Shown: piece by piece, positions 11,785 to 26,112 of the stretch
How positions within the stretch are numbered: the first letter of the stretch is position 1
Layout: the number at the start of each line of letters is the position of its first letter
Source: Octopus sinensis
Taxonomy: Eukaryota
Assembly: GCF_006345805.1 (NCBI RefSeq)
Contig: NC_043003.1
Location: forward strand, 28,706,001 to 28,770,000
Direction of reading: 5' to 3'
DNA length: 64,000 nucleotides
Program-made: the position numbers and the translations under genes
Notes under the pieces: model-generated
Told to the model about the DNA's origin: nothing
Seen by the model: the letters and a program-made list of their open reading frames with translations, nothing else
Database searches by the model: none

Positions 11785-12185
11785 TCAAAGGGGGGAGAAA
11801 CTCTTGAGAGTCAACGGCCATCCAATAAATGTCTTAAGGCTGTATCATGCGCGGGGACATAGAAATAATTGGAATGAATACCCGATCGCGCGGTTAAACC
11901 ATTGGGAGTGAAGGACTCCTAGCCTTTGTTAGGGCATCCTTCTAGGAGAAGGTAACTCAGGTAACTGGGATAACTCCGACATAAAACCTGCGGTTTAGTG
12001 GTTACCGATGATGTTGACTTGTTCTTCTTTTCGGATTATGGCTGCTGTTGCTTAGTGAGCGGGATTGACTCAGTGCACAGCCTTTCCTCACTTTAAAAAA
12101 ATCTTCTTGCACAGGCATTGCACGATAACAACATTGATTAAGTTTCGTGCAATGGCCATACTCGATAATGAGGGGCAGCCACCAT
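11785..12185 (+). mobile_element. Dispersed repeat, probable 5' region of an RTE-type LINE; second copy 48075-48290
   Basis: GAGAGTCAACGGCCATCCAATAAATGTCTT..ATCATGCGCGGGGACATAGAAATAAT..TACCCGATCGCGCGGTTAAAC is shared by both copies. The CTAGGAGAAGGTAACTC motif resembles RTE 5' UTRs. Confidence 0.45.
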
Positions 12186-12256
12186 GTATGTATGTATATA
12201 CACACACACGTATGTATAAGTATGTATATATATATATATATATATAATATATGTAT

Positions 12257-12315
<59 letters not shown>

Positions 12316-12639
12316 CATATACATACGTGTGGCGTGTGTCTGTACATACATACATACACCACACACACTAATATATATGGATTATGTCATGCGCCCAAGC
12401 TGGTCATGATGGGATTTGAACATAGAGCGCAAAGGACTAGAACAAATACTGCAAAGTATCATGGTCAATTGTCTGAAGTTTCCATCGGTCACCGTGCTAG
12501 AATGATCGATTAGTAATCGATCACGAAAAGACGGAAAGCGAAGTCGACCTCGAAAAGATCTGCACTGAAGAGTCGGAACGAAATGCAGCAAAGTATTTCT
12601 GTCTAAAAGGCTCCAAAGCATCGGTCAATTGGCTACGCT

Positions 12640-12668
12640 GAAGGTGACGACGACGACGACTACGATGG

Positions 12669-12712
<44 letters not shown>

Positions 12713-12793
12713 GTTGGTGATGATGACGATGATGGTGATGATGATGATGATGGTGATGGTGACGATGATGTTGATGACGACGACAACGACGAA

Positions 12794-12825
<32 letters not shown>

Positions 12826-13140
12826 CGATGATGGTGATGACGACAACGACGACGAAGATGATGATGATGATGATGATGAAGATGTTGGTGGAGGTGATGA
12901 TGATGGTGGTGGTGGTGGTGGTGGTGGTTTTGATGACGGTTGCACTGGTGTGAGAAGGATGATGAAGATGAAGATGGTGATAATGATGACTTCCACGACG
13001 ATGATCGCGATGGTAATGAAATCGATGACGATGAAGGCGACAATGTTGATGACGGTAAGGATGATGACAATTATGATGATGATGATGATGATGATGACGA
13101 CGACGACGACGATGATGATGATGATGATGATGATGATGAT
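12640..13140. repeat. (GAT/GAC/GGT)n trinucleotide array; similar arrays at 11170-11660, 34120-34560, 35400-35720, 41330-42260, 53060-53460, 56530-57560, 58380-58790
   Basis: Direct reading; source of the poly-D/M/H/S/T ORFs. Confidence 0.95.
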
Positions 13141-13262
13141 AGTGGAGTTGTTTTCTATACTTTAAAAGTTGCCCGACCATTTAAACATTTGAAGCATAAA
13201 TTATGTCTCTAAGCTGATCCAGTCACGATATTCGTCATGTGAATGTACTGCATGTATGTATA

Positions 13263-13835
13263 CATGATCTGATCAATAAGTATATGAAACTGTTGCCATA
13301 GTAACGAAGCTAAAGCCCGCAGAGTGAAACCGCTTGGCAAAGACTGGCCGTGAACTCTGCTGTGCATACGCATTAAGTTTTAAGGTTTTAGCTCACTTCT
13401 GCTATGTACAGCAGCGTTTGCAAGGAATGTGTGTAGCGTGAGATGGCCGCATTGACCATGGCAGAAAAATTTGTCATGGCGACGCCTGCTCAAAAGCCTA
13501 CGCAATGTCGCGGAATGTGCATGGAGAGGAGTGAATAAGCCACACACAAGTGTTCGAGTGGTTCAGACGTTTCCAAGATGGCCAAAAAAATGTCGATATT
13601 GACGAACGTTTCGGAAGACCTGCAACCAGCAAAATTGAGAAAAACATCGCAGATGTGCGTGCACCTGTGAGGGGAAATCGTCGAATCACCATACGTGAGT
13701 TATCAGAGGATGTGCAAATTAGTTACGGTTCAGTTCAATCCACTATCACTGAAGATTTGGGTATGAAACACGTGCCTGCCAGATTTGTGCCAAAATTGCT
13801 TTCAGCTGACCAAAAAGACACTCGGGTGCAAATCG
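13263..13835 (+). mobile_element. Second mariner family, 5' fragment (left TIR plus N-terminal HTH of transposase)
   Basis: TA+CATGATCTGATCAATAAGTA TIR-like end. Translation ..QVFEWFRRFQDGQKNVDIDERFGRP..RRITIRELSEDVQISYGSVQSTITEDLGMKHVPARFVPKLL. Confidence 0.9.
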
Positions 13836-14004
13836 GAAGTGAGCTAGAACGTTAAAACTTAGTGCGCATGCCCAGCAGAGTTCAAGGTCGATCTGTGCCA
13901 AGCGAATTTATTCAGTGTGTTTCAGCTTCGTTACTATGGCAGCAGTCCGGATACTTATTGATCAGACCAGTATATATGCATGTGTCTGACGTATGTATGA
14001 ATGT

Positions 14005-14201
14005 GTGTATTCTTTTATTCTTTTATTGGCCATGCTGGAGCGCCGCCTTTAGTCGAGCAAATCAACTTATTACGGGGACTTAAACGCACCATATCAGTTA
14101 TCAAGTGATGTTGGGGGGACGAACACACACACACACACACACACACACATTATAATATTTATTATTATATATATATATATACATTCATACATACATCATA
14201 A

Positions 14202-14250
<49 letters not shown>

Positions 14251-14412
14251 GACGGGCTTCTTTCAGTTTCTATCTGCCAAATCCACCACAAGGCTTCGGT
14301 CGGCTCGAGGCTATAATAGAAGACACTTGCCCAAGGTGCCACGCAGTGGGACTGAACCCGGAACCATGTGGCTGGTAAGCAAGCTACGTACCACACACCC
14401 ACTGCTGCGCCT
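14005..14412 (-). mobile_element. SINE family A (tail, internal CA/TA repeat, head)
   Basis: Same head and tail blocks as 4735-5223. Confidence 0.85.
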
Positions 14413-14419
14413 ATATATA

Positions 14420-14670
14420 TAACAAAGAATCAAAAGTCCTTCTCGAGCCATATGCCCATAAATCCGGTTTACTGGATTCTATGGTGTATTTAATTCCTAC
14501 GTGAATGCGACGCCGGTCCATCGCAGGATCACTCATTTTAGCAGTTGTGTGGGCTGGAGTAACGCGAAATGAAGTGTCTTGCTCATAAACAAAACATCAC
14601 CCGGCTCAGAAATCGGAACCATAACCTTACGATCATAATTGTAGAACTACTAAACCGCGTGTCCCCACCA
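14420..14670 (-). mobile_element. SINE family D (CORE-like); plus-strand copy at 50822-51065
   Basis: GAAATGAAGTGTCTTGCTCA and a B-box-like GGTTCCGATT; the second copy has TTGAGCAAAGCACTTCATTTC. Confidence 0.6.
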
Positions 14671-15156
14671 CACATACATAAACACACACACGCACATATA
14701 TGCATGGATATACATGAAACACACGCACGCACACACATATATATGAAACATATATGTACTTACAAATGTCTACACACACACATACACACACACAATGTAT
14801 ATGTATATATAAATATTACATATAACATATACGTAGATACATATGTATATGTTAGGGTGTGTATATTTATATGTATGTATATACATATATATTTATGTAG
14901 ATATGTGTGTGTATTTACGTAGATGTATGTATGCGTGTGGGTGTGGGGGGTGTTTACGTTTGTTTCTGCGCATGTATACGAATACACACACCATTAAAGC
15001 CATTATAGACATGGAATCGATGAAGAAATCTCCAGTCTTTCGCCCACCACTCAAAATCTCATTCGATTCTAGTGTGTAATGCACTCTAGTCTTATTATAT
15101 CACTCATCTCAAAATTATGGTGATATTCTGAAATGTATGACTACACTAACACTTAC

Positions 15157-15246
15157 TATAAATAACGGATTTACTAAAGTTGTCCAATCTTGTTGGAATG
15201 GCAAAAGACGTTGCTTGGAAACCTGGCATTCCTTATTTCTGACTAA
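15157..15246 (-). CDS. Candidate internal exon (phase 0-0) LVRNKECQVSKQRLLPFQQDWTTLVNPLFI
   Basis: Long polypyrimidine tract plus TAG acceptor, donor GTAAGT, 90 nt, only one frame open, unique sequence. Confidence 0.4.
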
Positions 15247-15817
15247 CTATAGCGAGTATAGAAGTACGGAAAACAAAACAAGAGAGAAGAGGAAAAGAAA
15301 AGAAATATTGCATCAGAAAGAGCAGGTGGCACAACAGAGTTAGGTGCGCATACATACATACATACATATATATAATATATCTTATATATATGCATACATA
15401 CAAACACATACACACGCCACACATGTACCACACACATATATAATGAATATATATATATAGGTATGTAGAGATGTATATATACATATATATGTGTGTATAT
15501 CTATCTATCTATCTATCTATCTATATCTATCTATCTCTCTATATATATATAGAGAGAGAGAGAAAGAGAGAGATGGCGATGTACATACATACATGCACAT
15601 ACACATCTATCTTATATATATAGGCATATATACAAACACACACACGCCACACACGCACCACACACATACAGACACACCATATATAATGCATATATAAAAT
15701 AATATAATATATGGTATGTACAGATTGTAGTATGTAATATATATTATATATATATATATATATATGGATATATATAATATACTTACATATATTTATATAT
15801 ATATATATATATGTATG

Positions 15818-15848
<31 letters not shown>

Positions 15849-15869
15849 TGTATATATGTGTATGTATGT

Positions 15870-15916
<47 letters not shown>

Positions 15917-16498
15917 TGTACATACATATATACATACATACATCCATACATACATACATACATACATACATACATACATACATACATACATACATAATAT
16001 TAATTATGCTATTGTGATTCTCGAGCCCGGCGAGATATCTTTTCATTGGTTCCCGCCTCTGCTGGAATTCAAACGTCGAACGATCATTATCATCGTTTGG
16101 TTTTCTTTTTCTTTTGCTCGCGTCAAACGTGGATTAAAATAACTTTTTTCAGCAACTATATTAATCATTCATATTTATTAAGATCATTTTCTTATTTTCG
16201 TTGCTTTAATAAATTTTTTACGCCTATATTTCTTCTTTTGCCACTTCATTTTATTCCTTCTGTCTTTCTTTTATCATATCTTCTTGTAAGACGATATTTT
16301 TCCGTCTAACAATGGTGGAAAGAAGAGAAATAAAGTTCTCACTTTATCGCATTGGCCGATAATCAATCATGTATCAGCAGAACAGTGTAATGGAAATGTT
16401 CTGGTTGTATTAAAGAGAGAAGTTAACTGGAGGAAGCAGACGACAGCTTGACATATCACTATGTAGGAACGATATATATATATATATATATATATATT

Positions 16499-16567
<69 letters not shown>

Positions 16568-18258
16568 TAGGCACATAGACAGACAGATAGACAGACAGAA
16601 AGAGAAACAGACAAACAAATAAACAAAGAAACAAGGAAAGAAAAAAAGAAAGTGAGTTTGTGAGCAAGCGAAAGAGAGACAGAAAGACAGATAAGCATAC
16701 AGACAGTGAGTAAGAGGGAACGAGAAAGAGAGAGAAAGAGAAGTCTTTGACAAAGCCTAAATTAGAAGCACAAGAGAGAGAAAAACATGAAGTGAGTGTG
16801 TGTGAAAAAGAGAGAGAGTGGGAAAAAGTAAATGAAAGTAAGAAAAAGAGTGAGAAAGGAAAGGAGGACGGAAGGTAAGAGAAAGACAAAGAGAAAATAG
16901 AAAGAGAGTGAAGGAGAGAGACAGACAGACCGACAGACAGTGATAGAGAGAGAGAAAAGCAGACAACTGATTGCTAAATAAGAAAGTAAAGAGAAAGTGA
17001 GAAAAAGAAGAGAGGGAGAAGGAGACAAGAGCTGGGTAGAGAGTGGGAGAATGAGAGCGTAAGACAGACTATAATCGTTTACATAAGTTAACATTGATGA
17101 AATGGCGTTTGGCATGTATATCGTGAGTGGATAGCATCTTTTCAGAACCGTAGCAGATTGCTATCAATGGATGCCATGATATTTTCACCGGTGTAAGAGT
17201 TGTTGTAATGAATAACATGTCAACAGTAACATTAAGGATTATGTTAAAAGATTTAGAATAAAAGAGAAGATATAAGAGAAGCATATATCGGATAAGTATG
17301 CGTTTTTTTTATTGTTTTTTATCGGGTTTCTTATGAAATAAACTTTGCAGGTAAATGTTCGTCTGTTATATAGTGGACTCGTAACATACAATGACCATAA
17401 GATCGTGTTCGTGTATTCGATGAAGACCATGACTTGGATTACGTGGTACTTTAACGCGAGACTCATGAATCAGTCCGCCTACATTGTGCCATTCATATTC
17501 CTTTAAAAACGACGAAACTACGGAAATAGCTGTGCTTCATCGCTCTGAACGCATGTGAATAAACAACAACGGCAATTAAATTCAAAAGTGAATATATATA
17601 TATCTTTCATCGACTATTGTCGCTATTGACACATTACATAACCCAGACTACAATATTCATGTAGTTTAGCTGAATATCTAATGCTCCTATGACGTCACAA
17701 TTATTTTGGCCATTCAAAAATATTTCAGTTGAGTGAACGACGTCGGCGCTTAAGTATATACACATACGGACTCAGTCAAGGATAACCAAACGAAATATTA
17801 CAAATACGGACTCAGTCAAGGATAACCAAACGAAATATTACACACACACACACACACACGCGCACGCGTATGTGTGTGTGTATGAGTGTGTATATCTATA
17901 TATCAGCCCTGTTCACCTACTCCAAAGAAGGTCAAGATCATTTCATTTGCAGTTTTTTAGGAATTTAAAAGGCATTGTGTTTATTGACTTCAAAGGGTCA
18001 TACTATCATTGGTTCTATTCTTGTCGAGATTAACTTAACTTTACATTCTTCTGGAGTTGGTAAAATAAAGTAGCAATCAACCACTGGGCTCCATGGTGTC
18101 GACTAACCCATTCCCCTCAAAATATCAGGCCTTGTGATTGGCTACAGGGCAGCGGATTGGCAGAACCTGTAGAGTGACTGAGAAAACCCCATCGTGTATT
18201 AGTTATGACCCTTTACTTTCTGAGTTAAAATCTCATCAAGTCTCACTGTATTTTATTC

Positions 18259-18358
18259 NNNNNNNNNNNNNNNNNNNNNNNNNNNNNNNNNNNNNNNNNN
18301 NNNNNNNNNNNNNNNNNNNNNNNNNNNNNNNNNNNNNNNNNNNNNNNNNNNNNNNNNN
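18259..18358. other. Assembly gap (100 N)
   Basis: Run of exactly 100 n. Confidence 1.
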
Positions 18359-18963
18359 TATATATTTCACACACACAGTCACACACACACACATATATAT
18401 ACACATATCTGTGTGTGTGTGCATGCGTGTGTAAGCATATGTATGCACATATGTATAGACATATGCACGTACATATAAATATATAAATATAGAAATCCGT
18501 GCACATGTAAATGTATAGACTCACATACATGTACTACATACATACATACATAATACATACATACACGCACACACGCACGCACATGTTATAGATAGGCCCG
18601 AGTGTGTCTTTGTGGTAAGAAACTTGCTTGTCATCTACATTGTTTGAGATTCAATCCCATTGCGTAAGACATTGGGCGTCTTCTTTATCTTCGGTCGATC
18701 CGATCATAGCCTTGGTAGGCGGAAACTGAAAGAATCCCGTTATATATATATATATATATATATATATTCACTTATATATGTGTGTTGACAGCCGGTGTTG
18801 GTGTAATTATATACCCGTAAGCTACCGGTTCGGAATAATAGACCGATAGATTAAGTGCCACGCTTTAAAACGAAATTACCGCTAAGGTCGATTCATTCAT
18901 TCGGTTAAAAATTCAAGTCGAATGCCCCAGCATGGCCTTAGTGCAATGACTGCAACAAGTATA

Positions 18964-18999
<36 letters not shown>

Positions 19000-19136
19000 T
19001 TCTTGTTTGGATTAACTATATATATAATATATATATATACTTTATATATATATATAGATATATATATATCTTTATATATATATATATATATATATATACT
19101 ATATGGCCCCAGCATATATATATTTCTTGTTTGGAT

Positions 19137-19167
<31 letters not shown>

Positions 19168-19470
19168 CACCACACCACTCACATATATATATGTATGTAA
19201 GTATTGTATGTATATATATATGTTTGTACTTACGTACGTACGTACGCATGTTTGTATGTATGTACATGTGCTTGTGGTTATTATGTCTACGTCTTGCTAA
19301 CTAAATAGAATACCTCCCGCTGAGATGGTTTAATAATACCAATTAAGTGTCTGTTGTCTTGCTCAGCAGGTTTAAAAGACAAGATGGTCATGTTTGGAAA
19401 TGTCTTTGTTTATAAGCATTCTCGATGGTCATGTCTTACCTAAGTTAAAAAGTTAAAATAAAACAGTGAA

Positions 19471-19920
19471 TAGGCGCAGGAGTGGCTATGTGGTAAGTAG
19501 CTTGCTTACCAAAAACAATCGTTCCGAGTTCAGTCCCACTGCGTGGCATCTTGGGCACGTGTCTTCTGCTATAGCCCTGGGTCGACCAATGCCTTGTGAG
19601 TATTTGGTAGACGGAAACTGAAGAAGCCTGTCGTATATGTATATATATGTATATTATATATATAGATATATAATATATATGTGTGTGTTGTGTGTGTGTG
19701 TGTGTGTGTGGTGTGTGTGTGTGTGTGTGCATATGTTAGAATGTCTGTGTTTGTCTCCTTAGCATTGCTTGACAACCAATGCTGGTGTGTTTACGTCCCC
19801 GTCACTTAGCGGTTCGGCAAAAAAGCCCGATATAATAAGTCCCGGGGTCGATTTGCTCGACTAAAGGCGGTGTTCCAGCATGGCCGCAGTCAAATGACTG
19901 AAACAAGTAAAAGAGTAAAA
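19471..19920 (+). mobile_element. SINE family A, full length with internal TA/TG repeat
   Basis: TAGGCGCAGGAGTGGCTATGTGGTAAG head through GAAACAAGTAAAAGAGTAAAA tail. Confidence 0.92.
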
Positions 19921-20379
19921 CAGTAAATAGTCCGTATACCATCGAACCTAGGAAGATAAAATATAAATTTAGTGCCGGTGGAATGTGATCTCGAAACTTT
20001 AACGTGCATGGATACATAGCTTAAAATATCCTACTTTCAACCTTTACTGATTCTCACATTCACCGATTTTTTTTTGTTACTTATGCGTTAATTATCGCTC
20101 CTAATTAAATGAGAATAAATAATTCTACCTAAGTGCTCATGGCATAAATACCACCCAACCTGTTATTTTACATTAACAGAAGCGTGCAGCACAAAAAGGA
20201 AATGGCGGGGAATGAGAACACGCAACACAACAAGGAATTAGTTGTGAGAGACGACAACATTAGATTCCTGAATGTCTGCGAGTTGTTCATGGTTAATTAA
20301 TTTCTTCGCGTTTGTTTCATCGGGGCAGATTCTTGTAAATACAAAAGATTCCTTTGTTTCTAACGAATCTAAGGAATAC

Positions 20380-20930
20380 TTTGCAGTTTCCGTGTTCTGG
20401 CATCTTTTTTCTTTAAGACTTTCTGATGCCAGACTGCTATAACAGAATTATATACCTGACGCGATGTACACTGGTAGTCTATATTGTCTCTCCACCCTGA
20501 AGACGGAGGCTGGATCTATCCAATGCTTGTTTGTTTCCATTATTGATTGCATATTTTGGTGAACTACATCTGCCAACATTATGAAGTAACGCTGTGTCTC
20601 TATATGCAGCTATCGGACTCGTAGCACCATACTTTCTTCCCTTTAACTTTTTGTGCTTTTGTACTCAGTGTAATTTTGCCCTGTTAATATATAAATATCT
20701 GTATATATATACTTGAATATTCATCGTCTAGAAATGTTCATTCTTTGCTTTCTCTCTATTTATATGTATACATGTATATCAAACCCAAGCAGGTTTCTTT
20801 GTTTATTTGCATCATTGTCTCCATATGTGTTCACCAAGATTCCTCATACAGTCACTCTTTATCCCGCGGAGTTAGTCTTCGGTGAAGGTTTCGGAGTGAA
20901 AGTTCAAATAATTTGAATACTATAAAGTGT
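20380..20930 (+). mobile_element. Possible Penelope-like element remnant
   Basis: CCCTGAAGACGG (CTGAAGA 20497-20503) with pLTR-like T-rich flanks; no recognisable ORF. Confidence 0.25.
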
Positions 20931-20979
20931 TTTCTATATTGAGAATCTCTGGATTCCATCTGTTGATTCTTTCTCTCTA

Positions 20980-21034
<55 letters not shown>

Positions 21035-21049
21035 GTGTGAATATATATA

Positions 21050-21114
<65 letters not shown>

Positions 21115-21117
21115 ATT

Positions 21118-22250
21118 ACGTCATATGTAAAGAAACATAAGTTTGTGTTTGAAGCGTCGAAACGTATTTTTGAACAAGTAGAAATATGTTTTTCAACGTG
21201 TAAATACTGATAGAACAGCATAAATAGGATAAAATCCTGCTAGAACAGAAAAGTTTCTACGCAACCAGGCATGAGGATCAAACCTAAACCCCTCTAATAT
21301 CCGGTTAGAGTACTCTACCGTTAAGCTACACTGCCGACCAACAAATTTTTCTGCAGTTTTAGAAGTTATAAAGTCATCCAGAAACGCTACATGTCATATA
21401 GATTACGTCATATGTGAACAAACATAAGTTTGTTTTTGAAGCGCTGAAAGGTATTGTAGAACACTCTGACCGGATATTACAGTGGAGGGGAGTTCGATCC
21501 TCATGGCTAGTTGCCGCCACACTTTTCTTCTCTAAAAAGATTTTATCCTATACTAGCAGTATCGCCCGGCGTTGCTCGGGTTTGTTTCGAACCTTTAGAA
21601 TTGGAATTTTTGAAAAGTAAAAGTTTTGCATTATGTAGCTTGTTATCCTCTTTAAGTGAACATTTTTCTGGTTGAAATAGACCGAAAAATGGCGACACAG
21701 CAGTCAAAAAATCGTAAAAACTAGAGATTTTCATAGAAAAAAAGCACCGTTTTGATGTAAATAATTTTTGGTGTTAACATGGTCCGACTTGAATTTTTTC
21801 TTCTACGGAATGAAGAGCAAGCCTTCTATCATAGTCTCAATTTTGCGCAGGGTCTCGGAGGAGATAGTGTTAGTTGAAGGCTAGCAAACCTGCCACACAC
21901 TGACAACTTCAGATTTATATATAGAGAGATATGCTGTTCTATCAGTATTTACGCGTTGAAAACTATTTCTTTCTATTTGTTCTACAACATATGTCAACGC
22001 TTCAAAAATAAACTTAAGTTCGTTTACATATGACATAATCTATATGACATCTAGCGTTTCTGAATGAGTTATAACTTCTAAAATTCCAGAAGAATTTGTC
22101 GGTCGGCAGTTTAGCTTAAACGTAGGACACTCTCACAAGATATTACAGGGGAGTAAGTTCGATCCTCATGGCTGGTTGCCGACACACTTTTCTGCTCTAA
22201 TAAGATTTTATCCTATATACACGTTGAAAAATATATCTTTCTACTAGTTT
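21118..22250. repeat. ~285-287-bp tandem repeat with an internal inversion
   Basis: Forward units start ACGTCATATG at 21118 and 21405. From ~21465 the unit is inverted (GTTCGATCCTCATGGCT at 21492 and 22157; 285 bp apart once the 380-bp insert is removed). Confidence 0.8.
21551..21930 (+). mobile_element. Non-autonomous Helitron/Helentron-like element inserted in the tandem repeat
   Basis: 5' TACTAGCAGTATCGCCCGGCGTTGCTCGGG with a subterminal palindrome, 3' TTTATATATAGAGAGAT, no TSD; the target ATTTTATCCTA..ATGCTGTTCTAT is split. Confidence 0.7.
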
Positions 22251-22607
22251 TATATGTATATATATGTATGTGCGTGTTTCATTGGATGCATGACTTTGCT
22301 CAAGTTAGCTTTCTCTTTTTTATTTGAGATTTTTTGTATTTTCATTAGTTTTCTTTCAGCTGGTTTGAAACAATAAAGTTCCTAAATTCATATTCGATGT
22401 TTCCACACCTTCAGTATCTCATTTCCAAGAATTTAACATAAATTGCTTCTGTATTGGTTTTTATATACTGATTGAAGACTTTCCAGCCAAAAGTTTTTCT
22501 GACCGCTTACTAGCTCATTCACTCTCTCTCCCTATTTCTTTCTTTCTTCTTTCTTTCCTTCCTTCTTTCTTTCTCTTTTTCTCTCCACATGCATACACGC
22601 ACGCACG

Positions 22608-22690
<83 letters not shown>

Positions 22691-23466
22691 CATCCCGACA
22701 GACGTCAGTGATCATGTTATTTTCCTTGAGAAAAATACTGTAACGGTTTCTCGTTGCCTTCGGTCGGTTTCTGTACAGTTTTCACTGCTAGTCTCCTGTC
22801 TTCACCCACTGAAGTTGCTCTTGAATCACAGGGCCTATTTATCCCTTAGACAGAGAGACTGATTTTCATGACATCAGAGCATGTCCATAGACTTGTGGGA
22901 GAGATTTGCGTAACATGTGTCTAAAAGCCACCCACCCACTGAGTCCTGTATACCTTAACCACAGTCTGGTTAGGAGGTGCTGTGAGCTATGTGCGTCTAC
23001 ACATTTCTGTCTATAACGCGAAACGTTTTTCCATGACAAAATACAGTGAATGGTTTTCTTCTGCTTTTAGACCCATTACTGGGGTCCGGTCCAGAGCTGG
23101 CCGGGGTTATAGTACCTTTCCAGAGCGGACCGGGGAGTGGTGATACAATGTCCCTAAAACTCCTAATGTGTCAATACTCTCACTACCCGAAGTAGTACAT
23201 ATACCAGTAAAAGTTACTGAGTCATGTAACAGCATACCTACCTTGTATTGGCTCTGTGGGGTCCGTATAACTTTGGAAATGCGAGAACAGTCAACAGATG
23301 ACCTAAAGTCGGTTGTCGTGAAAGTGAGGTAGAGCATACTCTGTTATTGCTGTCATTCCGTGCGACTTTACCCTTAATAGTATATCAAGTAAAAGCTGTT
23401 GGAGTGACCCGACCACTGCTAGAAATAGCAACCAAATCTTTTTTTTCAAATCCCGTTGTATCTTCT

Positions 23467-23572
23467 TCAAAAGGGGAAAGTCACATTGGTCAATGTGATC
23501 ATAGTTGTAGAAAAAGTAGGAGTTGTCATGAGTCGAATGTCTTGCATCATAGAATTGTTCATAGAATCCAAA
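23467..23572 (-). CDS. Candidate exon after a TTTATTCCTCAG acceptor (frame uncertain)
   Basis: Phase-2 reading LDSMNNSMMQDIRLMTTPTFSTTMITLTNVTFPF*; the phase-0 reading stays open for ~89 codons (FGFYEQFYDARH...). Confidence 0.2.
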
Positions 23573-23734
23573 CTGAGGAATAAACTACAGTAAGAGCAGC
23601 AGCAGCGGCGCACTCGTAACAACAACAATAGCAATAAAAACGACAGCAAAAACAACCATCACAGCTATCATCTCTATCACACTATAAACAGAAATCATGA
23701 CATAGTCACTGGATCTGCTAGAAATGATAAGAAG

Positions 23735-23892
23735 TTTGCTTTCAAACTACATGGTTCCGGGCTCAATCCCACTGCGTGGCCCTTTGGGTAGGTGTCTTCT
23801 ACTATAGCCTTACGCCGACCAAAGCCCTGTGAGTGGATTTGGTAGACGGAAGCTGAAAGAAGCCCATCGTATATATATATATATATACATAC

Positions 23893-23986
<94 letters not shown>

Positions 23987-24004
23987 TGTCTGTGTGTGTG
24001 TGTG

Positions 24005-24040
<36 letters not shown>

Positions 24041-24240
24041 ATTTGTGTGTCTCTGTCCGTCATCGCTTGACAACCGATGTTTGTGTGTCTACGTTATCGT
24101 AAGTTCGCGGTTCGGCAAAAGACACCGATAGAATAAGTACTAGGCATACAAAGAATAAGTCTTGGGATCGATTTCTTCGACTAAAACCCTTTAAGGTGGT
24201 GCTCCAGCATGGCCGCAGTCAAGTAACTGAAACACTGTAA
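23735..24240 (+). mobile_element. SINE family A with internal TA/TG repeat
   Basis: Head and tail blocks as in other copies. Confidence 0.88.
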
Positions 24241-24684
24241 ATGAATAACCTTCAAATTACACCCTCCTTCCTTAAAAATAAAAAAAGTATGTATTGGACA
24301 TGGCGTATAGGGTATACTATGCTTAAAAGAAGACAGCATAGTCACGGCTGGAATGCATTTGAATGGCTGTCTGGTTTGATCATCCCATACCGACCAACGC
24401 GGTATATTGTAGTGTTCAGTGTGGTCTTCGGCCAGACCAACCACAATGTAATTGGACAGAATGATCTGTGGGCTTGATTACGTCGTTCGGCTTCTGCCCG
24501 CGAGTTACTATACGACTTATTTGTTCAGAGCCTGCAGCGGCAGTAGCAGCAGCAGCAATAATACCAGCAGGAATATCAGCAGCAGCAGCAACATTTGCAG
24601 TAACAAGAGCAACAACCTTAATAGGTGTCATAAGGAGATTTAGTTTAGTTTTGTGTGCAACGTTACAAAGTAAATATTCTTTTC

Positions 24685-24900
24685 TACTCTAGGCACAAGG
24701 CCCGAAATTTTGGGGAAGGGGGCTAGTCGATTAGATCGACCCCAGTACGCAACTAGTACTTAATTTATCGATCCAGAAAGGATGAAAAGCAAAGACGACC
24801 TCGGCAGAATTTGAACTCAGAACTCAGAACATAAAGACAGACGAAATACCGCTAAGCATGTCGCCCGGCGTGCTAACGTTTCTGTCAGCTCGCCGCCTTC
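24685..24900 (-). mobile_element. SINE family B, complete short form
   Basis: Reverse complement reads AAGGCGGCGAGCTGACAGAAACGTTAGCACGCCGGGCG..GAGTTCAAATTC..GGCCTTGTGCCTAGAGTAGAAAAG. Confidence 0.9.
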
Positions 24901-26039
24901 TTACACAATAGATATTGGTAAAGTTTAATATACGACAACTGATGTAATGCTTAGATAAATTTTGGGTGTTGTAATATCCTAGAGTTACACAGTGTTTCGT
25001 GTTTTACAATCGTCACCCACATTCACTCATATGTGTGTAAGTGAGTGTAAGTATGTTTATGGTATAGTCATGTATGTGTAAGTCTATATGTGCGTGGCTG
25101 TCCATACATACAAACATGATACATACATACATACATACATACATACATACATACATACATACACACGCACACACGTACATACATACATACGTACATACAT
25201 ATATACCGTGCGATCACAACTATCCAACGAACGGGAACGAGTAGGAGTTTGCGATGATTGTTGTAGCTTTAATAAAAGCATATTACTCTACCTTCGGTAT
25301 TCAACTGCTATTTTCTCCACCTTGTTTTGTATTTTTGTGCTTACCCGTGTGTGTGTGTGTGTGTGTGTTGTGTGTGTGTGTGTGTGTGCTTTTGTGTGTG
25401 TGTGTGTGTGTGTGTTGTGTGTGTGTGTGTGTGTGTGTGTAATACACACACACACACACACTCAGACTCAAACACAAATTCTGTCATTGTGGTGTTATCA
25501 AGTACTTGCAGATAAATGGTTTAGACCCCCAAAAACATTTATATTGACATAGTTACTACATTGGCAACTAACCCCATCCCCACCAATCACCTCCGACCAA
25601 TAAGTTCATTTACAAACGTGTCTCGAAAAAATTATATAGAAGTTTTCTTTTCTTTTCGTTTTTTTAACAATCACAGCTACGTACACACGTGACATTAGCA
25701 GAAATGTAAATACAAAAGTACTGCCAACAATTTCGGTTATGTATATGAGTTTATTCAATCAATGAAGAAACGGCTTTAGCATCACACGACTGCTTGGCCA
25801 CGTGAGTCTGTGTTGAGTTGGTGTCAATTGGAAAATTGGTCTTTAAAAATGGTGACGTAGATCAATTGTCAATATTTTTCAGCATCCGATTGTAATAAGT
25901 ATTTCTTGTCGAGATGAAAATGAAGCTGTTTCTTTATGGCGTCAATTTACACGTGATTACTAACACGCCAGGAGGCTAAACGAGTTGTTGCAAGTAGTGA
26001 TTGATGACCAGCGAAGGTATAAGTATGTAAGCTGTTATA

Positions 26040-26112
<73 letters not shown>

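Noticed and set aside
17146-17225. HRCKSCCNE resembling the VEGF/PDGF RCxGCC motif
   Set aside because: The same frame has stops on both sides, the spacing of the upstream P-x-C is wrong, and TTGTTGT is common in this DNA, so it is probably chance.
17764-17842. 40-bp exact tandem duplication (similar small duplications at ~62253/62284 and 45050/45385)
   Set aside because: Ordinary local duplications with no further structure; some may be assembly artefacts.
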